From Massalongia carnosa (lineage: Eukaryota): 64,000 nucleotides of DNA. The notes beneath the pieces are model-generated. The model ran no database searches. It was given only the letters and a program-made list of their open reading frames with translations, and was not told the DNA's origin. The translations under genes and the position numbers were made by a program. The stretch spans positions 1,550,001 through 1,614,000 of the forward strand of contig OZ287070.1 in NCBI GenBank assembly GCA_965645245.1, in the 5' to 3' direction. Positions 37,000 through 47,109 of this stretch are shown piece after piece; the first letter of the stretch is position 1; every line of letters starts with the position of its first letter.

Positions 37000-37132
37000 C
37001 ATGGGTACGGCGCACTTAATGCGGTGTAACCCCGGGGGTTGGAAGCCAAGTCAACATCACGAGAAACTTCTGCTGTCCAAAGCATCCCCTCTGTTTGAAC
37101 TCTTCCGGTACTCTGGTTACCTCCAGAAGATA

Positions 37133-38696
37133 CGAGGTGATATTTTAAAGTATTCGGAATGCACTACCCTGGTGCAACTGCACGCCGTATGGTCACCGTA
37201 GGGGTCCATGCTTTTTGCAAATAGTAGTTATTTAGCAACATCGAAACATCGTCATACATTTAATTCAACTATATTATGCCAGTTCAAAGGCGAGGTCGTG
37301 AAGTGAGTCTATCTACTCGTGGGGCTATAACTTATGCTCGAAATCTTCAAAGATTACCTTTAAAAGAAATTCAAGCCCGTACGGGAGTTCCAGTATCAAC
37401 CATTTCAGATATAGCTTGTCATGCGGAGAAACAGGCCCAAATTCATCATGATAACTGCATTCATCTCAACAATACGGCTCCCGGATCTCGATCTGGTAGG
37501 CCTCCTTTGCTACATCAAGATCAAATTGATAGCATGTTAGCGTTGGCCTCTTCCACGTACAAATAGAGACGAGCTACTTGGATGAAAGTTGCTCGAGAAT
37601 GTGAAGTTCAAGCTTCAAAATCAACCGTCGATAAAGCCTTTCAACAAGCAGGATACGGTCGATATTCGCCTCGTCACAAGCCCAATTTGAATCTCGAAAT
37701 GAGACAAAAACGATTGAATTGGTGTATAACAAAGAAGGATTGAGATATTACGGGTAAATCGGGCTGGGGGTTGGTGATATTTACCGACGAGACGTCGGTA
37801 AAATTGGGAGAAACATATGGTTCAATTCATGTGACTCGTACGAAGAATGAAGAGTGGAAGAAGGAATGCTGTGAGAAAACCTTTTCTGGTTATTCGACGT
37901 TCATATTTTGGGGTGCTATCGCATTGAATTGGAAAGGTCCCTGTCACGTGTATCAAAAGGGAGATCCTCAGGAATGAAAAGACTCAATCAAAGAACTTGC
38001 TGCTCTCGATGTCATGCGAAAAGTCATACAAAAGAAAGCACATGAGACTCGAAAAGCGGAGTTGCTTCGTCAACAACGTCAAAGAACTATTGTTTTGTCG
38101 CATCCAGGTTATTATCATTGGACTCCCTGTGCTCGTTCTAAATCGGGAGGCATCGATTGGTATCGATATCAACATTGTATACTTCGGCCTTTACTTCTTC
38201 CAGCCTATCAGATTTCTAAACAAACACGTCCTCAAGCTCTTTTGATGCAGGATGGTGCTTCCAATCATACTTCTCTATGGCAAAAGCCTTTGTTTATCGA
38301 GCAAGACATTGTAATATTGGATTGGCCGGGAAACAGTCCGGATCTCAATCCCATTGAACACATCTGGGACCTGATGAAACGACGGATCAGTGATCGAAGA
38401 CCTTTTATCAAAGGCAGACATGAATTGGAGTTGACGTGGTTGGATGAATGGAAGAAATTGGTCATTGAGAAGGATATTAATCCATTTATTCTCAATCAAA
38501 TGAAAAGAGTGCATCAAGTAATTGACGCAAAAGGTGATAATACTTTTCATGGATAACTTGTTTTATCATTGAATCAAGGTAGCAATTATACATCTCGTCG
38601 TCATAAATAGCATCAATTTGCATCTTTGTATGATGTTCTTCAAGACTACGGTGGCCACTACGGTGGCCATTCCGAATACTTTAAAATATCACCTCG
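37133..38696 (+). mobile_element. Tc1/mariner (DD34E) DNA transposon, 1564 bp
   Basis: Perfect 29-bp TIR CGAGGTGATATTTTAAAGTATTCGGAATG, TA on both sides (37131-37132, 38697-38698), transposase inside. Confidence 0.95.
37276..38556 (+). pseudogene. Tc1-like transposase with three in-frame stops
   Basis: Single frame; RSGRPP linker, FTDE, MQDGA, WPGNSPDLNPIE (34 aa D-E spacing); stops at 37564, 37741, 37975. Confidence 0.93.
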
Positions 38697-38935
38697 TAGC
38701 CCATGCCTAAGCCATTCACTAGTTCAGTTCTCGGGGCAGTAGCCACTTTATACTTTCAGCTTCATGTCAAGTCAGCCGTGCATCTGTCTACCAAACATTG
38801 GTATGCTGGCTTGCTCAGTAATTCATCATAAACTCCGATTGATTACAGAAGGTTGACACCGAAAGTCCTGATAATACGCTAATGTAAAGCTAATACTAGT
38901 GTCTTGGCAGATTATAGTGTCGAATTTTGGAATTT

Positions 38936-40330
38936 CTAGTCATCCACCTCGTCATCGCTACTATTATTACTATTATCACCAGCTCGAAGGCCTCGTCGAC
39001 CTCGATCATATCGTTCTTTTCGATCTTCACTGATATAAAGACGAACTCCGCTTTCTGCTTCGGTGGAACCTTCGCGATACTGATTCCCACCCTTTAAAGT
39101 TATAACCTGCTGAATATGACGAGGTATGCGCTCAATCCAGTGCTGAATACGTTTCTGAGTCAATGTCTTTTTCCAGCACCGAGTCCAAACCTTTTCCACG
39201 ATGATTCTGTTCGTCGGACAGCCTCTTCGGGTGGTTTTTCGCTTCATCCAGGCCCAACAAGTCTCGATCATATTGAGATCAGGAGAATTTCCGGGCCAAA
39301 TCAAGCGCATAACTCCTGCATTCATAAATATCTGATCCTGATGCTTACAAGCATGACTGGGAGCCTTGTCTTCCTGTATCAAAGTGTCCGGACGATTTAT
39401 CATGCAGTGAAGAGCGAAGGGAATCAATTTGGGAATTAATATGTGAATTTGATAGCGATACCAGTCAATTTTTCCTTTACCATCTCGCTCCATTTTACCG
39501 TGAGCTTTGTTCCATGTCTAAGTGGGCTTTCGACCTCTAGGATTTTGTAGTCCCATTCGTCTTATTCCGTTGGATAATTCCCATTCTTCTTTCGCTGCAG
39601 GTTCTGCAATGTCGTTGAGTCGTTTTAAATGCTCAATTGCAGCCTTCTTTTTAGCAGCGGTCTCGTCTTTCCAAATGTGCATAGGACCTTTCTTATCATA
39701 ACTAAAAGAACCCCAAAACATGAATTCCGAATATCCTTTCCATCGTCGACGAACGAAAGTTTTATTGTACGATTCGGTTGAATCGCGCCATACTCGTATG
39801 CATGCTCGACGAGTGCCCAAACAAACGCTTGTTTCGTCGGTCCAAATGACCTTCTTCCAGTCTTCGATCGTCCAGTGTTCATGTCGCAAGGCGAACTGAT
39901 ATCGAGCCTCCATCATTGCAGGAGTGAGACCGGGTTTTTTAGTTGTTTTACGCCATCGCAAACGATTGCGTTTTAGAACTCGAGGAATAGTTGTTGCGGA
40001 GACATTGTGCTCATATGCAAGCACTGCGGCTGGTTTTTCTTGACCATTTGCGTCTTTTCGAACTGTTGTCAAAATGTCAGATTCAACCTCCGAAGTCACC
40101 TTCGGTGGGCGACCTGAACGAGGTGCATCTTTGACATATTCTTCTTTCATAACAGAAGAGACCTCCGGATCAAAAATTCGTTCTCTAGCTTTTTTTCTCA
40201 GACGTCTGACGGTAATAGAAGTCATACCGGAGGCTGTAGCAGCTGCATCTATTCCAACTCCATGTTCAACCAAAGAAAGAGCCTGTAATCTTGCAGCTAT
40301 TGTATGATTTACTGTTCGTGAATCATCCAT
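38936..40330 (-). pseudogene. Tc1-like transposase with one premature stop
   Basis: The two ORF-track pieces share a frame, separated only by TAG at 39518-39520 (KPT*TWNK); PRSGRPP, WTDE, QEDKA, WPGNSPDLNMIE. Confidence 0.93.
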
Positions 40331-40371
40331 GATTATATAAAATATATTATAGAAATTTTGATAATAAAACT

Positions 40372-40589
40372 GTTAGTAGCACTAGTAGGTAGAACGGGCT
40401 GTGGGCACGACTAGAGGCTATTAAGGCCTTCGTCACTGTTAGGCGCACGGGACGCCTAGCCAGCCACGTGACCCCGAAAAGGGGCACACGCCTATATAGC
40501 CCACGCTCGCTACTAACTAATAGAACAACTTTACCATCCAACTCAAGCACTGACGTAGTCATACGTCTGGTGCCACGAGTTGGGGTAAA
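40372..40589 (+). ncRNA. Candidate structured RNA/DNA element inside transposon 5' region (unassigned)
   Basis: Multi-branch fold plus long hairpin by manual pairing; wobble pairs are G-U on the plus strand. Confidence 0.4.
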
Positions 40590-42344
40590 CCCACAAAAAC
40601 AAACATCAAAAGCTGAAGTTTCGACCTTGTTGTTACCATTTTGAATGATCTCCCTGTAGCATTTTTAACGCTAAATTTACGTGGCGTTTTTAGCCCGCAT
40701 TAGCGTATTAGCGTATTATCAGGACTTTCGGTGTCAACCTCTGTCTTGCTATCGTACCATTGTTATTGCTCATTTAAATTTTGGTGCGGAAATTCTACTC
40801 TACTTTTTCCCTTACATCGTCCATTCGCGCCATCTCTCATCACATTTCTTACCTTTTCCGTTTCCAGCTTCTTGCCCCATCTTTCTTCGGCGTTCCGATT
40901 CCCCGTCAAGGCGAAAAACGAAAAAGCGCAATAAAAAGCGAAAGAAAGAAAGACAAGGCGCATGGAGAGATGATGGAGTTACTCGTTATCAACCACCACC
41001 CTTCCTTCGCCCTACTATCGAAATCCATCTCCACACCCTACTTTCTCCAACTCTATCACATCGTCGATATCCCAAAATCAATAACCTAAACCAAGCGAAC
41101 CGACAACTTCCCTAACCATCCAGAAGAAGGAGAAGAAGAAGACAGGAAGTCAGATCGACGGGTTTCATACTTACCCAGGGCAGGCTTCATTTATATATAC
41201 ATCTCTGCCAAAACGCCTATCTATCCATTTATATGTAGTAATGTAGTTATCCGTTGACTCGATGTGTATGTGTGCATCAACTCCCCGTTTCCTCAAAATG
41301 TCCCTTCAGAACCTCAGTCATCATCACCATTACCATCCTCCTTAGCAAGAACAAAACCACCAAACAAACGTATTTAGATTATGTATGTACAGTATTCCCT
41401 TTTATAGCCCCCACCTCAAATAAACAAAACAAAACAGAACAACCCACCATCCATCCTAATGATCGAACAAAAACATTCTAACCCACCCAACCGCTAACCG
41501 TCCAGCCAGCCGACTGGCTCAAACCATCTCGCCCCCTCTCTCCGCGCCGAGATCTGTATTTCCCATTCCGTTCCCCACCAGGTTTGTGGGGTGTTTACGA
41601 ATAACTAATTAAGTTGCCGTATGTGTTATATCTATCTATTCTGTGTGGATATGAAGTTACACATATATCAATACAATATACGTACATACACGTGTACAGT
41701 AGTAACCTGACTGGTTGTGACTTAAAGGGAAAAGGGGGGGGGTTTTTAAAGAAGGCGGGAAAAAAGGGGGCAAGAAAAGAAAGATAGGAACTAGCTTGGC
41801 TGGCTGGCTGGCTGGTTGGTTGATTTGGGTAAGTAATTAATTGATTGAGTGCGTGCGTGCGTGCGTGCGTGATAGAAAATCTCCCAAATCGCAACAGAAT
41901 GCCTACTGCAGAGAGTGAAAGAATGTGGTAACTGGCCCGACTAGTTAGTTAAGGGGAATAGCCGGGCGGTAAGCACTAATGCACGCTGAAGGTTGCTGAT
42001 GATTCTAATGCTTCACAGGGGGAGAGAGATAAATCTTCGATACGAAGATTTGAAAATCCCTATTACTACCTATATTGGGCCTTTTCTCCCCTCCCTCGCT
42101 CTCTCCATCTCCAATCTCCCCAAACAAGGGCGCACGCAGTAGAGGAAACCAAAAGAAACCCCCCCCCAAACAAAATACCCTCCGCAACCCCACCCCCCCG
42201 TATCCCGAAATTTTGAAAGCCAAGATCCCGAAACGCTACGTCACAAAAGTGGCTGTCATTTAACCCCCTGGTAGATGAAAAGAAATTGATGATGGTGGAA
42301 AAAACAAGAGGAGAAAAGCAGGCGCGCCGAGCGGCTGTAGTGCC

Positions 42345-45300
42345 TCAGATGAATCTTCGGCGCTTGATGGTTGGGTTCACTGATATGGTCGCGGTTGCGG
42401 TTATAGTGACGGTGACAGTTGATGCTGAGCAGCCTGTAATCGTGGGGTTAGTTGTTGGAGAGGTATTGGAGGTACTGGAGGTGGTGAAGCTGGGGGAGGT
42501 GCTGGTGCTTGAAGTTGGAGTGGCAGTTGTAGAAGTGCTCATTGGAGGTGTGATACTAGTGCTAGAAGTTGGAGGGGTGGAAGTGGACATGCTTGTAGAA
42601 GATGTAGTAGTAGTGCTGGAAGTCGTTGTAGATGTGCTCGTTAGAGATGTGCTCGCTGGAGATGTGGTACTGCTGCCAGGAGTTGTGGTAGTGCTGAAGC
42701 TTGTGGAAGTTGTAGAAGTGCTGGTTGGAGAGGTAGTGCTAGTGGTTGAACTTGAAGCAGTAGAAGTAAATGTGATTGTGGGAGACGTAGTGGTGCTAGT
42801 GCTTGACGTTGAAGTAGTTGTTGTGGAAGTAGTTGTAGGAGATGTGGTGGAGATATTTGTAGGAGATGTAGTGGTGCTAGTTGAAGTTGTTGTTGTGGAA
42901 GTACTTGTAGGAGATGTGGTGGTGCTAGTGCTTGACGTTGAAGTGGTGGTTATAGAAGTGCTTGTTGGGGACGTGGTGCTGGTGCTAGAAGTCGTCGTTG
43001 TGGAGGAAGTGCTTGTGCTTGAAGTAGACGTAGTGGAGGTGCTCGTGGCCGATGTGGTAGAGCTGGTCGTGCTGCTGGTCGGAGAAGTTGACGTGCTGCT
43101 GGTCGAAGACGTACTAATGGTACTGGTCGGAGAGCTGGTTGTACTGCTACTTATCAAAAATGTCAGAGTACTTGTGGATGTTGTGGAGCTACTCGTTGGC
43201 GTCGTGAGCGGGCTAATCGTTAAAAAGGTTGTCCCGCTAGGGATACCATTAACGGTTGTTGTGCTAGTAACAGTGTATGTCCGATCGCTACCAGAGGGTG
43301 TTGTCGTTGTAGACGTTGTTGTAGAAGTTGTTGTAGACGTTGTTGTAGAAGTTGTTACAGACGTTGTGGTAGTAGTTGTTGTTACCGTGGTTGAAACAGT
43401 TGTTGGTACGACAGTTGTATATGTTACGTTCTGAGTAGTTGTGAACGTAGTAGGCACATTCGAAACTGTAGTGACTGTGGAAAATTGTGTTGTGGTTGTA
43501 ACCACACTAGTTGTTTGATATACTGTTGTGGTAACAAATACTGCGGTAGAGACTCCCGTATTTTGAGGAGTCGTAGTTGGAACTGAGAGAGACGCCGAGA
43601 CAGACAGAGTTGTCGTAGAAGTACTTGAAATAGGGGTAGTGGAGGTAGTGGAGGTGGTAGAAGTGGTAGAAGAGGTTGAAGAGGTGGAAGAGGTAGAAGA
43701 GATTATCGTAGTTTGAGGGGTTGTAGTTGGGATCGAAAGAGACGCGGAGACAGACAGGGTTGTCGTAGAAGTACTTGAAATAGGGGCAGTGGAGGTAGTG
43801 GAAGTGGTAGAAGTGGTAGAAGAGGTAGAAGATATTATCGTAGTCTGAGGGGTTGTAGTTGGAATCGAAAGAGACGCGGAGACAGACAGGGTTGTCGTAG
43901 AAGTACTTGAAATAGGGGTAGTGGAGGTAGTGGAGGTGGTAGAAGTGGTAGAAGAGGTAGAAGAGGTAGAAGAGATTATCGTAGTTTGAGGGGTTGTGGT
44001 TGGAATCGAAAGAGACGCGGAGACAGACAGGGTTATCGTAGAAGTACTTGAAATAGGAGCAGTGGAGGAAGTGGAGGTGGTAGAAGTGGTAGAAGAGGTT
44101 GAAGAGGTAGAAGAGATTATCGTAGTTTGAGGGGTTGTAGTTGGAATCGAAAGAGACGCGGAGATAGAGAGGGTTATCGTAGAAGCACTTGAAACAGAGG
44201 TGATGGAGGTGGTGGAAGTGGTAGGGGTGGTGGAGGTGGTAGAGGTTATCGTAATTGAAACAGAAAGAAACGCAGAGACAGACAAGGTTGTCGTAGAAGT
44301 ACTTGAAACAGGGGTGGTAGGGATGGTAGGGGTGGTGGAGGTGGGAGAGGTGGGAGAGGTGGGAGAGGTGGGAGAGGTGGGAGAGGTGGGAGAGGTGGTA
44401 AAGGTGGGAGAGGTTATCGTGGTTTGAGTCGTAATTGGAATCGAAAGAGACAAGGAGATGAATAGGCTTGTAGTAGACGAAGTTGAGTCGGGAGTAGTGG
44501 AGGAAGTAGATGTAGTCGAGGTTGTTGGAGTGCCTGTTGGGGTGGTCAAAATGGTTGAGGTGGTTGGCGTGGTGGAAGCGGTGGACGTGGAGGATGTGAA
44601 GGTGGTCAGGGTGGTTGAACTAGTAGAGATTGATGAAGTGGTGATAGGAGTCGTGGTCGGAGTCGTGGTTGAGGTGGGTGAAGTAGTTGAAGTAGTCGAA
44701 GTGGTAGCCGAAACGATTGTTGAAGTGGTGGTTGGAGTGGTGGTTGAAGTGGGTGAAATGGATGATGTGGCCGAAGTAGTTGGCGTGATGGAAGTAGTCG
44801 GAGTCGTTGAGGTTGCTGGAATAATCGATGTGGTTGAACTAATCGGAGTCGTGGTGGTCAACGAAGACGTGCTAGAGGTGGTAGGCGAAATGCTGCTAGA
44901 TACCGTTGAGCTGGTAACGGTGCTTACAGGAGCTGGCACGCCGGCATTTGCGGGAGCTGCGTATGGGGTCATTGCATCGACCCCGGGTATCCTTGGGCTA
45001 TAGCAGCCTTCCAACGCTCGGTTCAGAAAGGCTGACACTCGGCTATTACCACCGCATGTCGAAGCACCGCCCCTATAAAGTCCATTAGTATGTACTTGGA
45101 GGCTACGGTATGCCGCATGGTTCCATGATGCTGTAGAGCTACCACCTGCTAGAAAGCCGCAGCAATAGCAAGAGAATAGGACTTACAGTGCACTGGATGT
45201 TCCATTGCAATAGTACAAGCATTGATTCTCAGCTACTTGTAGCCCAGCTTGAATTTCGGTACCGCAGCCACAAGTAGTAGACCCAGTATTGCTATCGATG

Positions 45301-45944
45301 CCGGACCTGATCGAATACGGATATCCCAACGCCGCGCAGTATGTCTGGCAACTAAACGTACTAACAGTCTTGATGGTAACAAATTGGGGACCTGGTGCTA
45401 CATAGCTGTAGCAGCCAAGATAAAGGTAGTTTGAGACAGATTGAGTTGCAGGCGTATTCACAAACGAAGGGTCCTCGTACAGGCTTATAGCAGTAGCACC
45501 ACCGCAGAACTCAAGCGTGTTGGCTGGGCAGGGGGTTGTACAAACGCCACCTGCTGTGCCTGGGCTAGTCCCTGCAGCCGCTCCTGGGCCTGAGGTTGTG
45601 ACTGCAGGGGAGGGAACACCTGGGTTAGGAAAAACAGAAGCGCAGTAGCAGTTCGTGCCAACATAGAGAGCCGCAAATCTGAATCCGTGTCCACGACATG
45701 CAAGTAGGCATATGTCAACGCTCATAGAGCCAGTGTAACCGGGATAGTATTTTTCGTTGCTCGCGGCGGAGCTGAGTTGCCAGGTAAAACCTGCATGACG
45801 GCCATTGGGCCCATCATCATAGCAACCCCGGTAAACCCACGCTTGTGAGGAGTTGCAGCTTGATTGATCTCCTCCGTAGCTACCCTGTGCAAGGACCGTC
45901 GACACAAAGCTTAGCAGCACGGCGATCGCGCTTCCCAGCCACAT
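42345..45944 (-). CDS. Secreted WSC-domain protein with ~870-aa Ser/Thr mucin-like stalk (intron 45073-45186)
   Basis: Signal peptide MWLGSAIAVLLSFVSTVLAQ; two Cys-rich WSC-like modules (YRGCY..C..AC..GFRFAAL..CYC..CGG; YLGCY..C..YC..CGCG..CGG); spliced in frame to the Ser/Thr ORF. Confidence 0.88.
43560..44413 (-). repeat. Intragenic tandem repeats (five to six ~130-150-bp units plus a 9-bp SPT array)
   Basis: PISSTSTTTLSVSASLSIPTTTPQTTIISSTSS repeated; (GGGAGAGGT)n at ~44337-44413. Confidence 0.9.
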
Positions 45945-47109
45945 CTTGGAACGTGGCTTCGCTAGTATAAGTAGAATTGTTTGTTTCGTAAAAATAGATT
46001 GGATTTGTGGGACGCAATAGAGGATCTTGACAGTTGAAAATCGAAAAGATTTTTGGAACTGGCAAGAGATAAGTGGCCTTTATTCCGTCTATATATTGAG
46101 CGACTTGGTTTCGCAAGCTAATAAAGGTCCATTCCTATTGATGAGCGGATACTACATTCCAGCAGGCTTCATTCCAGCTGGAAATGAACATATCTTATGC
46201 AGGAGCGCGAACTCAACTTGAGATTTTGGCTCTCTAAAAGGCGTTACCATCTATATATTGGCGTTCTTCATGATGCCCGTTGGACGAGAAAACTGGAAAG
46301 TCTGTCTTATGCATGATTGGGCGAAGGTTTAGCCCTCAATCAAAGACCAATCCAATCTAGGAGGACTGATGTGTGAAGATCTCCATTGGACTCCGGCCAT
46401 ACAAGATTCAAGGTGTTAAGCTTGGCGAAGAGTGCATCGTAAAATATTGCCTAACAACGGACAATAGCCCTCATGTTTCTTCAACAAGTAACCATGCCTC
46501 CCTAAGTATGTATATGCTGCGCAGAATCTGGTTGGGTAGTTTTAGTAATTGAAGGAGGGTCGATGGCCCTGAATCTCCACGAGCTTCCGTTGTAGCTAAC
46601 CGCCCTTACCTCGGTGCCCCATTCCTTTTGTTTGAATGGGATGCCCGCCTGTGTGGCAAAAAATTCCATCCTTCCAGAAGCTGCAAAAGGCATGAATCAT
46701 AATCCTGGCGTGCATCTCGGAGCCACGCATGTTCCCATTGATTCGATGGCAAGTTTCGTTTCATGAAGTAGAAGATGAACACATGGGTAATCACTTATTT
46801 GAAAGCTTAGCATTCGTCGTTTAAAAAAAGTTGCTTGCTCTTCGTTAATGTAATGCATCCATTATGCCAATGGTCGCCGGGTTCGTATCAGTGCCCATAC
46901 TAAATCATTCAGGTAAGCGAGTCTCGTTCGACAGCAAATTCAAGGGGTATCAATAATTTTTTTTACATTAGCAACTGGATCCCGAGGTCTATTGCTAATT
47001 GTCCAAAACGCTGAGGACATCCTCATTAAACTCAGAGCCGGTATCCCCACCAGCGCCATCGCTAGAAAGCACCTGGAAATTGGGAGGAAACAAAGGCAGA
47101 AAGCAGCCG

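Larger units (their letters stand above)
38846..40743 (-). mobile_element. Second Tc1/mariner (DD34E) DNA transposon, ~1.9 kb
   Basis: ~38-bp TIR CAG(A)AGGTTGACACCGAAAGTCCTGATAATACGCTAAT; TA at 38844-38845, TC instead of TA at the other end. Confidence 0.92.

Noticed and set aside
36774..38860. Shared GTTGACAC word between the MITE TIR and the Tc1-like B TIR
   Set aside because: Only 8 bp, at a different offset, with different termini and TSDs; too weak to link the MITE to that transposase.
40372..40589. Assignment of the structured segment to hammerhead, hairpin ribozyme, TPP riboswitch, tRNA or 5S rRNA
   Set aside because: Core consensus motifs were not found by eye; left unassigned.
41167..41180. 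ATACTTACC resembling the U1 snRNA 5' end
   Set aside because: No U1 stem-loops or Sm site follow; equally a minus-strand GTAAGT-like word.
42286..45003. Val/Glu-rich plus-strand ORFs (382, 75 and 181 aa)
   Set aside because: Antisense shadows of the Thr/Ser codons of the mucin gene.
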